Shown piece by piece: positions 1 through 12,391 of a stretch of DNA of 64,000 nt. Under the pieces are notes generated by a model. The model was not told where the DNA came from. It made no database searches and saw only the letters and a list, made by a program, of their open reading frames with translations. Positions within the stretch are counted from its first letter, which is position 1. Every line of letters starts with the position of its first letter. Source of the DNA: Mobula hypostoma (lineage: Eukaryota); NCBI RefSeq assembly GCF_963921235.1, contig NC_086100.1, positions 135,842,001 to 135,906,000 of the forward strand. The letters are read 5' to 3'. The position numbers and the translations under genes are program-made.

Positions 1-510
1 CAATCAGATCTGCCCTTTGACAGAAAGGAAAACTAGTTGTATGCTCAATACCATGAAATTTCTCTTTTTAGACAATGACCCAAAATAATTTTGCAAAAGA
101 GGACTTTGTTGGAATATTTATGACTTTTAGAAAGGAATTGTTTAGGTTCTTGTGGAAAAAATAATTTGCAAAGCCACAAGGGAAGGGGGATTGGAAACAA
201 CAGGATTGTTCTATGAAGAGCTATAAGATTCTTCATGGCAAGCATGGGTCCCTCCTATGCTATTTTGTAAAGTTAAGAACATCAAAAGGGGAAGTGAAAA
301 GGAAGTTAAGCAAAGCAGCTCCAATTAATTTTCATGAAAGAAAGGCCATGGTCTAACCAGTACAGTGGAAAATGGGTCAAGTGTGGCATTTAGCAGTGTC
401 ATGTTGAAGGAAAATTGGAAGATGGTTGAAGTGTAATATTGGTGAGAGATACAAGGAAGTAATCAGAGATGTCTTTTTTTAGGCTGTAAGAGTAGAGTCT
501 GTGAGAAATA

Positions 511-1828
511 CAGTGCCTATAAATATAGTTCACCCACCCACCCCTGCCCCGGAAGTTTTCATGTTTTATTGTCTTACAACATTGAATCACAGTGAATTTA
601 GTTTGGTTTTTTTTACACTGATCAACTGGAAAAGACTCCTTCGTGTCAAAGTGAAAACTGATCTCTACAAAGAGATGTAAATTAATTACCGATATAACAC
701 ACAAAATAATTGATTGCATCAGTATTCACCCCCCCCCTTTAATATGACACACTAAATCATCACTGGTGCAGCTAATTGGTTTCAGAAGTCACATAATTGG
801 TTAAATGGAGATCACCTGTGTGCAGTCAAAGTGTTTCAATTGATTGTAAAAAATACACCCATATCTGGAAGGTCCAATTGCTGGTGAGTCAGTATCCTGG
901 TAAAAACTACACCATGAAGATAAAAGAAAACTCCAGGCAACTCTGCGAAAAAGTTATTGAAAATACAAGTCAGGATACAAGAAAATTTTGAGGTCACTGA
1001 ATATCCCTTGGTGTATAGTTAAGTTAATTATCAAGAAATGGAAAGAATATGGTACAACAGTAAATCTGCCTAGAGCAGGCCGTCCTCAAAACCTGAGCGA
1101 CCATGCAAGAAGGCGACTAGTGAGGCAGGCCACCAAGAGACCTTTGACAACTCTGGAGGAGTTACAAGCTTCAGTGGCTGAAATAGAGAGACTACACATG
1201 CAACAACGATTGCCCGGGTGCTTCACCAGTCGCAGCTTTCTGGGAGAATGACAGAGAAAGCCACTGTTGAAAGAAACTCTCATGAAATCTTGGCTAGAAT
1301 TTGCCAGAAGGAATGAGGGTGACTGAAGTCAGTTGTAAGGAGGTTCTATGGTCTGATGAAACCAAAATTGAGCTTTTTGGCCATCTGACTAAATGCTATG
1401 TTTGGTGTAAGGCAAACACTGCATGTCATCAGAAATACACCATCCCTGGCATGAAGCTTGGTGGCAGCTGCATCATGCTGTGGGGATGCTTCATTGCAGC
1501 AGGCAGTGGAAGGCTTGTGAGGGTAGAGGGTAAAATGAATGCAGCAATATACAGGGAAAACCTGATGCAGTCTGCAAGAGAACATTTGAGAAAAGATTTG
1601 TTTTCCAGCAAGACGATAACCCCAAGTATAAAGCCAAAGCTACACAGGAATGGCTTAAAAAACAACATAGTTAATATCCTTGAGTGGCCAAGTCAGAGTC
1701 CAGACCTCAATCCAATAGAGAATTTGTCAGGGGACTTGATAAGGGCTGTTCACTCACAGTCCCAATGCAATCTGACAGAGCTTAAACAGTTTTGTAAAGA
1801 AGAATGGGGGAAAATTGCAGTGTCCAAG
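511..1828 (+). mobile_element. Tc1-like DNA transposon, decayed, 3'-truncated
   Basis: TA|CAGTG start at 509-515 and an IR/DR-type repeated motif (ttcaccc at ~529 and ~725). Frameshifted transposase with HTH region (IIKKWKEYGTTVNLPRAGRP), VLWSDETKIE, FQQDDNPK and WPSQSPDLNPIENL. No right TIR. Confidence 0.9.
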
Positions 1829-4800
1829 CTTTCTTCTTAAAGAAGAGCAATGGAGCATGGGGCGAACAAAAAATCAAGATAATTTGAATTTGTTGACCAA
1901 GGAGATGGAGTGAAGGATGAAAGAAAGAGTAGTACTGAATGCCCATGTGGGATTATTTGAGAGGGATCCAGGTGTGGAAAAGGAGGAGGATGAAAGAAAG
2001 ACAGAATTGTGAGTAAGAGATTAGGCACAGTGAGAAATAGCCAAAGGATGAGAAATCAAAAGTTGGCATGGGAGTTAACTACAGCTAAGAGACAAGGGAG
2101 AAAGATCCAAAGTCTCTGCAGAAAAGAACAGAGAAATTGAAGCACATATAGAAGTCTATACAAGTGGTGAATTTGGGTTATAGTCATGGCAGAGATTAAA
2201 ACAGAAATGTCCTGATCGTGAACATCTTACTATCATTTCAAAGATAATTACATTTGGTACCTTAAATAATAAATTATTAGTCAGTTATCAACCAATATGT
2301 AAAGTTTAAACATGTCTAGAAAAGCATTTCACAAAGGAAGTGGCTCAGAAGTTATTTTAATTAAATGAATCATTTTCTGGATGTAGGCCCAGATTCTTGT
2401 CCTGTCTAATATGAGTTTACTTTTAACTGCATCACTAGAGAGTGGTGGCCTTTCCCCAATGGTTTAGAAGCAAACAGCTAAGCAGAGACCAGAAAGCTAC
2501 CCCATTAACTATTCCATCTAAAGTGGTTCACCATTTCAGAGAAGGAAATTAGAAGCCTAATGTATTCCAGGTCTTAAACAGAGTTTTGATTAATATTTGC
2601 CCATCCATTTGTATAAAATATTTAAGCACAGTGGCCCAGATTATGCAGATACATTCTGCTGGTTTGCATGGAATTGTAAGGCTCCTTAGGTTCAGGACCC
2701 ACTCGTTTGTGCAGGAGCACTGAACTATTACCAAGATCTCTTGTCTATGCAGGGCTCTACAGAGAGAGGCAGAAGTTAGCTAAGATTTCATAGTACTTGC
2801 ACTTGGCAATTCCTCTTGAACTCTGTGCCAAGTTAGATCTGCAGAGATAATGGAAGCACATCTACTTGAATGGTGATTGTAATTATGCAGGATACAAAAG
2901 CAAGAATACAGAACATTGTATTTAAATATATTTCGTATTACAAGTGCTTTATATGATACTTTTAGATAGAAAATAATTGTTAAAAATTTCAAGTACTGTT
3001 TAATGTCAGATATAAATTGAAAGCATTGAAAAACCCTGACCTAGATAGACAGTAAAACAAGGGATGCTACCAAATGAGCTTTTTTTGTGTGGGGCTTCTT
3101 TTGGCGGTTACATGTTACTGAGTATGTCAACCATGTCCCTGCTATCACTTGGTTTCATGGATGGTTTTTTGGATCTATGGTTGGCTCTAGTCAGCTGGAA
3201 ATGCAAATAATGAGGGTGGTTACTTGCTTCAGGAATATCTTCCAAAGAACATATTATTTCCATCCAGCCCTCAACATGCTGATGGTTATTCATTCACTTC
3301 AGTATCCAGTTCTGGCCTTCTCTCCATATCCTTTAACTTAAACATATACCTGTTTTTGAATATATTTTAATGACTTAAGTTGTACAGTTACACCAAATCT
3401 TTCAGATTTCTCCATGACCTTCTGACAGAACAGACCCACTTGAATTAGCAAGATAAGTTACAACACAGAGCTGTACTACATGAAGATTCATGCCATTAAA
3501 TCAGGCAGAAACAAAAAAAAATTGGTTATGGTAACTAATGTCCTCCCTTAACTGATAATTTTGTGCTGCTTTTCATTGTACAACATTTGGTACTCAGTGA
3601 CTCTACACAGAGCATAGAATATACAGTGGGTAAGGAATTTCATTATCCACGAATGGTTCAGCAACACTACCATTGACAGGCTTGCAAGTCTAGTTAGACA
3701 TGGGTAGATCTAGCTGCCAGGGTAGAACCAAACTCTGGCTGATTTCACTGTTACCAGTCTTCTACTTGCAAATGCATCTTTTGTCATGGTATTAGTAAAT
3801 TTTACTTCCACTATTACTTCACCCTTATTGAAGCTTCTTGTCTCCATGCTGAGAATATCCTCCATCTTGTTATATTGTTGTACTATCATGTTAACTGCTA
3901 AAAAAAAAATAGAAACTGGAGAATCCTTTGAATAATGAGAGATTGAAAGGTATTGATGTTCAGCGGGACCGGGATGTCCTTGGATGTGAATTACTGAAAG
4001 CTAAGATGGAGATATAACAAGCAAATCAAGAAAGAATAGTTTATTATTTTAATGGTAAGATGATTTGAGTCTAATTAAGGACACCTTGTTATAATCATAT
4101 AAGGCCCAAGGAGTCAGTATCTGAAATGCTATAATCTGTCTACATAAATGGTGTGTAGTACATGTATACTGGCTTGACCCCTGCAATAGTGAGTTTGTAA
4201 CTGGCTAATTACACTTAATGGCAATACAACTCAAACCTCCAAATGAATGTTAGTCCTCATCAGAGTGTCGTATTGGATAGCAGTGTTTGTGCTTCTTTGC
4301 AACTACTGTATAATTCTTACAGAATTTTGCAATTACCATTTCTCCCAAAAATCAAAAAAGATATATATGATGGTAATGTATCTGAGAAAGAGGAAACATT
4401 CAATGCCATCAATAATTGGCAGTGTTAAGATTTAGTCATTCAACAGTTAGTGCCATAAAAAGACAAAACACAAATACTTATGCATATCAAATGATCAATT
4501 TCATCGCTATAAAGCAATAGTGGTTTGATGAATGCAATGGAAGAAATATTGGTTAGTTGTTTTGAAAATTAAAATCAACACCAATCACCCATGGTTATTC
4601 AATAAAAGGCAGAGACCCTGTTAAAAGATTTTTTTAAACAGATGACAGTAAAAGTGAATCATTTGTTGCAAATAGAGTGGCATAACAAATTTAACATTAG
4701 GACTAATTTACAAATCATTAATAGGCAAGGAAAGCAGCAGGTGCTCTCCATCCTGCAGCAAGTATACTTCCTGGTGCTTTGGCTCAGATAACTGGCGGGG

Positions 4801-5050
4801 TGGGCGGGAGGTGGAGATTAATTTTAAGTTTACTGGAGTACTAACGAAATAACAGCAAACTAAAAAATCTGCTGGTCTGGCACTATCTTTATTTTACTGT
4901 ATTATTATATATATTCCATTTATATAATATATGACTCATTGGTCCAGCATTTTAATTAAACAGTTATCCATTTAATTTTGCAGAAGAATCTTATGCATTG
5001 TCTCTCAAAAATGTTTTATTGTAACTGGAGTGTGCATTTAAACTGTATAG

Positions 5051-5205
5051 GTCCTCAGGAAAGGCAATTTACAGGTCTTGCTGACTGCATCATGAAAATT
5101 GCAAAGCGAGATGGGCCTCGAGGTCTTTATCAAGGATTTGCTGTTTCAGTGAATGGTATCATTGTATATCGAGCTTCCTACTTCGGATGCTATGACACAA
5201 TCAAG
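5051..5205 (+). CDS. SLC25A31: ADP/ATP translocase 4, internal exon (equivalent to mammalian exon 4, 155 bp)
   Basis: tatag|GT acceptor and AAG|gtgact donor. Encodes (G)[51 protein letters not shown], which is ANT4-like. Exon length and phase fit the ANT4 gene structure rather than the 4-exon ANT1-3 structure. Confidence 0.92.
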
Positions 5206-5252
5206 GTGACTTTTAAAATATTTATGTTCTAAATAAGCTGATATTTTTTATT

Positions 5253-5433
5253 AAACAAGAGAAGATCTGCGGGTGTTAGAAATCCAAGCAACACACACAA
5301 AATGCTGTGGAACTCAGCAGGCCAGGCAGCATCTATGGGAAGAAAAGTACAGTTGACGTTTCGGGCCAAGATGTCAACTGTACTTTTTTCCGTAGATGCT
5401 GACTGGCCTGTTGAGTTCCGCTAGCATTTTGTG
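5253..5433. mobile_element. Penelope-like element terminal-repeat fragment in fold-back arrangement
   Basis: Arms 5296-5359 and 5371-5433 are imperfect inverted copies (cacaaaatgctg...gttgacgt / atgtcaactg...cattttgtg). The same sequence terminates the GIY-YIG-bearing elements elsewhere in the window. Confidence 0.8.
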
Positions 5434-5682
5434 ATTTTTTTTTTTGCTTTGGGTTAACCTATTATTCATTTGGGTATTTTTATTCAAGTAAATCATGATG
5501 ATTTCTCTATACATATATTTTTGACGTGTTTCAGATTAATATAGGTTTCTGAATCTCAGGTTAATTCTTAGAATGTCAAATGAACATGCTTCAATTTATT
5601 TCAGCCACAAATTTGTATCAAGTAAACCGTGATTTTGTTTGGATTGTTGAATAATCTATAAACAAAAGAAAAATTACATCAA

Positions 5683-5950
5683 TTATTTATTTAGTGATAC
5701 AGTGTAGAGTAGGCCCTTCTGGTCTTTTGAGCCATGCCGCCCCATCAATTCCCAACAAACCCACTTAACCCTAACCTTATCACGGGGCAATTTATAATGA
5801 CCATTTAGCCTACCCAGCACATCTTTGTCCTGTGGGAGGATCCAGAGAAAAACCATGTATTCCACAGAGATGACGTACAAAGACTCCTAACAGAATGGCT
5901 CCGGACTCCAGAACATCCTGAGCTGTAATAGTGTTGTGCTAATTAAGCGA
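5683..5950 (-). mobile_element. V-SINE/HE1-like tRNA-derived SINE
   Basis: V-domain-like core (catctttg..tgtgggagga..ccagag) and (TAAA)n tail on the minus strand. Related decayed copies at ~10200-10375 (-) and ~22160-22310 (+). Confidence 0.65.
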
Positions 5951-6021
5951 CTGCTTGGTAATTCACTCATATGGTAAATGTTTTCTAATTGCAGACTAAT
6001 ATCAATTCCTAAATATGATTT

Positions 6022-7376
6022 CTTCTTCTTCTTCATGTGCCATGCGCGTTACACGCTTTCCACATGGAACAATCCCACGCAGCGTCAATGATATCTCACA
6101 CACTTAGATCTGTTAGTTCTTTCACAGTGTCCATATATTTTCTTCTTTACCTTCCTCTTCCGCGTTTCCCAGGCATACGACCTTGTAATGTAAGGCATTC
6201 TATTTCTCCCTTTCTGATGACATGGCCCAGGAATTTAAGTGTCCTCTTATTTAGTGTTCTTACTAAAGATCTCTTTGTATGGGCACGTTGGAGTACTATC
6301 TCTTCAGTTACCCTATCTCTACATGATATTTTCAACATTCTTCTAAGAAACCACATTTTTTTTGCTTCTAAGTTTCTTTGGAGTTCTGGTGCTATAGTCC
6401 ATGTTTCAGAAGCATACAGCAAGATTGACCAGATGTAACATTTTAGTAGCCTAAGTCTTGTTATAGAAGTGTGTCTGTTGGTGAAGATGGGTTTCATTTT
6501 TTAGAAGTTGGTTTTGGCAATGGCAATTCTTTTTATTTCTACTTCTAGCATCTTGTGGTATAAAGCTACCAAGGCAATTAAAGTTGGTATTTTGTTCAAT
6601 CCCTTGGTTACTGGTGTACAATTGGCAGTTGGGAGTATCCTGCTGTTTTGATATTACCATACATTTGGTTTTTTTTAACAGTTGATGGTTAGATCAAAAT
6701 CTGCACTTGTTTGTACTGCTTTGTCTAGGAGGATTTGTAGGTCTTCTGCAGCACTTGCTGTTAGGGTGGTATGATCTGCATATCTTACATTATTGATGTT
6801 AGCACCTCCAATTTTTATCCCATCTAGGTCTTCTATTTCTCTGAGAATCATTTCACTATAGATATTAAATAATTCGGTGAGGCAACGCATCCCTGTCTAA
6901 CTCCTATTTGAATTTTAGTCCAACTGCTTATTTTATCATCAATTTTTACCGCCACCGTTTGGTTCCAATATAAATTTTGAAGCAGTTGTTGGTCCCTTCC
7001 GTCAATGTTTAGTTTAGCGAGAATTTGAAATAATTTTTCATGTTGCACTTCGTCGAATGCTTGAGTGAAATCAATAAAACATAAAAAGACATCATTTTGA
7101 TATTCAATTGCCCTTTCTGAAAGCATACGTAGTATGAAAATTGCATTCCTAGTTCCTCTATCCTAAATAAACCCATACTGCAGTTTAGAAGTTTCTGGCC
7201 TAAACTTGTTTTTAATTCGACTCAGAACAATTTTCAACAAAATCTTTATTATGTGACTCATAAGATTGATTGTTCTAGAATTTTCGCAGTTAATCATTCC
7301 AGGAATTTTTGGCAGAGTTATAAATACTGATTTCAAGAGATTGTCAGGCAATACCAGAGTCATATATACCATTAAA
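6022..7376 (-). mobile_element. RTE-clade LINE, 5'-truncated and frameshifted
   Basis: Minus-strand RT fragments CENSRTINLMSH, FIDFTQAFD, GVRQGC, NNVRYAD, LLYASETWT and GRMPGKRGRGR, with a (GAA)n tail at 6022-6034. Confidence 0.9.
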
Positions 7377-9119
7377 CATTTTTATTTATTTAAATATTTA
7401 CATATTTAAAATATCATTTAGACTCTTCAAATAAATCTCTGGATTGTGTGCTGATCCATGCATTAAATGCACATTAACAAAGATATTGTGATTACATTGT
7501 TTGAATATTTGATACTGCACTGCCTTACTTAAGTACTGATAAACATTTTGAATACATCACACAGGAAATCTGATCCTACAGACAGAAGCAGGCTTACATA
7601 TCCAAGAACTTTTAGGATGTGCCATTGCCTTTACCTTTTACTGTAAAGTCTAGTACAGAAGTTGTCAAGGTGTCAGCCCAGTTGCAAAGACAAGCAGATG
7701 TTTGATCATTATTTTGATGAGGACTTCATTAGTTTTGATTATCTTTGCTGTAAGTAATCTTCAGTCATTAACAGAAAGACAAAATCCTCAGCCCCTTTTG
7801 TACCCCATCTTTCCTCTGCTTCTCACCCTTCTCCCATTCCATAAAATTGGCCTAAACTCTGTCTATGTTGATTATACAGTATATCTACCAGTTCTATTGC
7901 CCTCCATGATGCAGCAAGTGAAAAGTAATACTGGGAATTTAAGTTGCGGAAGTGACCTTATTTTAAAAAAGTTCCAAATACTGAGTTTTTAATGCATTTC
8001 ATCTTTCAAAAAGTTAACAGCTTATTAAAATCCATATGCACATCTTCAGAAAATTACTTAAGTGAAAAGGCAAAAGATGATCTAGAAATCTGACACAAGT
8101 GCAGAAAATATTGAAAGTACCCTGTGGGTCAGGCATCATTGGTGGAGAGTAATAATGCCAATATTTCAGGTTAACAATGACAAGGTTATTTGTAGAAGTG
8201 TGAGCTCCCACGATTAAAAGAAATTGACACCTAAGTAATGATAATTTCTGATGAAAGACTTATCAACCTGAAACATTTGATGTTTCTCTCTCCACAGATG
8301 CTGCTATGGATATTTTCAGCATCTATCTTTTGATAAATTAACTTGTGCATCCTGTGACTTAGTTTGTGACTTCAGCAGAGATAACAGATCCAAGGACTGA
8401 TACTGACATGGACTTTGCTTGTGACATTTCGGGTTCAGAGCTATATAGAACCAGCAAAGACTGCACAACATGCTTTGCACAGCGCTGACAGCCCTTTAGA
8501 ATAGAGATGTTGTGTTGGCTACAGCTTAATTGAGAAATGAGAACTAGAGTGGAATTGTCATTTCTATGTTCCATTTCATTGTCAATCCTTTCCTTAACAA
8601 TGGGTAAAATATCCAGGAAATTGTCATTGTAGTTAGGTATATGGTCTGCCTATACACACTTGATTGATACCCCTAAGGTTCTATGGCAGCAGACATTCTT
8701 GCAATTACTTGCAATGCAAATCAACTATTGATAGAGTTGGGTTTCATTTTATCTGCTGTTGCATGTACTATTATCATTATTTTGCAAGTTGCTAATGTAC
8801 CTCAATCGTTATTGTTATCATACTTTGCACACAATGTTCAGTTATTCGTATGTCACTACTTTGAAAGTTGAGTCATCAGGTGAAAATCTAACATAATGTT
8901 TTAAGTGGACGTGCCTCATTCCATGACATTACAGGAAACATTTGAGAACAATGAAAAGCTTTATGGCAATGCTGACTATAATGCTGAAGATTTATTCTCC
9001 AAAACTAGTTGCAACCCTATCCACTGATATAATCACTTATGGTACATTCTTACTGTTCGGAAAATTGCCCAGATATCTCTTTACTACATAAAAAAACAGG
9101 TTATTACCATCCTGTCTGT

Positions 9120-9610
9120 ATAGAGTCATAGAGCACTGCAGCACAACAGTATTCCCTTTGAACCACTTAGTCCAGTTGGTCTGGTTTTCTGCCTAGTCCC
9201 ACCTACTTGCGCTTGGACCATAGCCCCTCATACCTCTCATCCATGTACCTATCAAATTTCTCTTAAATGCTACAATCAAAACTATATCTACCACTTCTGC
9301 TGGTAACTCATTCTACACTCAGACCATCCTCTGAAGTAGCTCCCTCTCAGATTTTCCTTTTTCACCCTTCAACCTAAACCTATTATTTCTAGCTCTAGAT
9401 CACCCAACCTCAGTGGAAAAACCCTGTATACATTCACTGTATCTTTACCCCCTCATAATTTTGTATATCTCTATAAGATCTCCCCTCATTCTCCTCTGTT
9501 CCAGAAAATAAAGTCCTAACCTATTCAACCTATATCTGTAATCCAGGTCCTCAAGTCCCAGCAACATCCGTGTAAATTTTCTCTGCACTCTATCGAGCTT
9601 ATTGATATCT
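9120..9610 (-). mobile_element. CR1 LINE 3' fragment (old)
   Basis: atagagtcatagag tail and a 3' body similar to the other CR1 copies. A similar fragment lies at ~19040-19400. Confidence 0.7.
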
Positions 9611-11169
9611 GTATATTCTTAATAATTGGCAAAGTGACAGAAGCTGTTGTACGCCATGCTATTCAGCAGAACAAACTTGCTGACTGAGAGTCACTAATTC
9701 CTCAAAGACCATTTGGCTCCAAAGTAGCTGCCTTAACTTGAAGGCAATGTTTGATAAGTTGACACATCAGGGAACCTTGGTAAAACTGAAGTGAATGAAT
9801 ATCTGAATATCAGGGTCAAAACTTTCCTCTAGCTTATATCAAACAAGCATGAAAGATAATTTAGGTTGGGGAGGTCATTCATCTCAACCCAGGAATTTGT
9901 CAGTGTAGTGTTCTATAACCAATCATCTCCAGTGTTTCCCACCATTCTAAAATGAGAATGAGAAATGTTTGATGCTACTACACTGTCTTCAATTCAATTG
10001 AAACAATAGTGAAGCAATGTGTGCATCATGCACTGATAACAGGTCACTGTTTAGCTATGGTCTGATTAATGATGAGCAGTGCAAACCCAGAAAGTTCATG
10101 CTAATCACTAAATGCCCACTAACATTATTCCTACAGCGAGCCTACTGTATTCCTCCCATCTCAGATTCCAGTCAGATGTCCCAGTTCAACTACTCATCTC
10201 TGCATAAGGAGCAATTTGCAAAGGCCAAGTAATTTCTCAACCCACCCATCTTTAGGAATGTGGGAGGAAACAGGAAACAATCATGAGAAGTGCAAAATCC
10301 ACACAGACAGCTCCGAAGGTCATGACTGAACATCACTGGAGCTGTAAAGCACTGGCTGTGCTATGCTAAACGCTAAGCAGATTTTGCCTACTTCCCCTTT
10401 ACTTTCAGCGGTGTTGTTATAACCAACTTCCTTACCATTATCATTCTGAAAGAATATTAACCATAAACTGGACCTGCAGACATAAATATTAAAAAACGGG
10501 GAGCATATCAACTCTGCGGATTTCTAAGAAAGGCTGTATTATTTGGTGAATGTGGTGTATCAATCAAACCAAAATTTTGATTACTTTCATTCTAGGAGTA
10601 TGTTGGAATGTAGTCTCAAATTGTCTACTGTAGGTGATGAGTTACAGCAATACCTGGAGAAACTCAACTGCATCTGCAACAAAGCATTTCACTTGACTGA
10701 AATCTGTACTAAGCATACATCCATCACTTGTGTACTTTGTTGCCATTGTTTAGCATTTAAAAATATACTGTTAAAACTCACCAAGATTTCTTAATGGTAT
10801 CTCTCACACCAACATCTACATATTTCTCTTCAATTCATGCATTATACTGGCTTAGAAATAGATCATCATCCCTTCACTGCTGTACAATGGAAACTCTGGA
10901 ATTCTTTATTCAACAACCTTGAAATTAAACCTTCACAACAAAGTAAAACCAGTTCATTACACTGGACAGCAATTTCTTTCAAAAGCGTTGCTTCCTCAGA
11001 ATTTTCTATGGTTATGACAGATCGCTTGAAGCTGAACACATATAACTTCAGACTACTTGTATACCATAGGAAGTTGGATAGACAAGAAATTTACTTTATT
11101 GAATATAATGCCTTTAATTGCATAACGGTGCTGACACTTTGCAATAGTTCAATTAAGCTAAAAATGTTT

Positions 11170-12390
11170 GGTTGATGATTTTCATTTGTACTCAGCTTCT
11201 GGCTTAAGTGTTCAACAAAATAATCAGCATTGATGGATTCCAGTTGACCCAATAACATTTCTCCATGACTACAGTGTCCTGGTGAAACCCTTCGTCATGC
11301 TCGTCACTGACAGTGCCAAGATTTGCAGGGAAGAAGTATAAATGGGAGTGCAGAAAATGAATCTTTAGTGATGTGTTTTACTTCATGTTTTTGTGTGCTT
11401 GAAGCATATTGGCAACCAGCTGCATGTTATTTGGTGTGTTGTAGTTGCCAAGAAAATTTTCAACAATGTCCTTGAATACCTTCCATGCAATTTTCTCTGG
11501 TCCTACTAGAAGTCCTTTGAATTACCTGTCATTGATGACCTGTTTGATTTGTGGACCAACAAAAATACCTTCCTTAAACTTGGCATCAGTTATTCTAGGA
11601 AAAGTCTGTCTCAAATATCGAACTCCTTCACCTTCCTTGTTCTTCGCTTTCACAAAACTTTTCACTAGCCCCAGTTTTATATGAAGAGGAGGCAAAAATA
11701 TCTTTGTTTAATCTACAAGTGGTTTATGTGCCACCCTTTTCTGCCGTGGAACCAACTGCTTACGGAGTGGCCAATCCTTTTTAATGTAATGAGGTTCTTT
11801 AGCACAGCAAATGAAACAACGGTACTTGGTGTATCTGAGCTGCATTCTAATAGCAGTGCTACTACTTTCAGATCACTACAGATATTCCAGTTGTAGTTAC
11901 TGTACTGTATGTGTTTCAACAAGACTTCCAAATTTCATGAGCTTTCTTTCATGTGTATCACATAGCTGATTGGTATTGAAGGGTGGGCATTGCCATTGTG
12001 TAACAGCACAGCTTTCAGGCTTAATGCTAAAGAATAGAAAGACACCATTGTTGTGGATCATGCTGGAAACCCAAAACAGTCAAAAAACTATTAATGTCAG
12101 TGCAGAAATACAGATTACTACCTGGCCAAAGAATTGTGCCAAATCTTCTTGGCGGCTGCAAAAGACAGAAATTTTTGTGTCTTTTGTGAACAACAGAATC
12201 CATCCCTGCAGTCTAGAACCCAGCAATTCTGCTTTTGCCTTTGACAAACTCAGGTCTATGACCAAATCATTTAACTCAAATTGAGTTATCAGATGAGGCT
12301 TACTCAACATAAAGGGTTCCAAATCTGTGTCAGTATCATTGTCATTTTCCACTTCTGGCTCGTGCATCGTGGTATCTTTGTCTCCTCTAG
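11170..12390 (-). mobile_element. Chapaev3-type (CMC superfamily) transposase pseudogene
   Basis: Minus-strand peptides PHLITQFELNDLVIDLSLSKAKAELLGSRLQGW, IQYSNYNWNICSDLKVVALLL, KEGIFVGPQI and SLKIHFLHSHLYFFPANLGTVSDEHDEGFHQD...WNPSML. The 5' part is cut off by a CR1. Confidence 0.8.
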
Positions 12391-12391
12391 A

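Noticed and set aside
3087-3341. ORF beginning MWGFFWRL, superficially like the ANT4 exon 3 start (FWRWF)
   Set aside because: The remainder lacks NLASGGAAGATSL...YPLDFARTRL. Exon 3 lies upstream of the window.
5765-5778. Telomere-like aaccctaacc
   Set aside because: Fewer than two full units and part of a SINE body.
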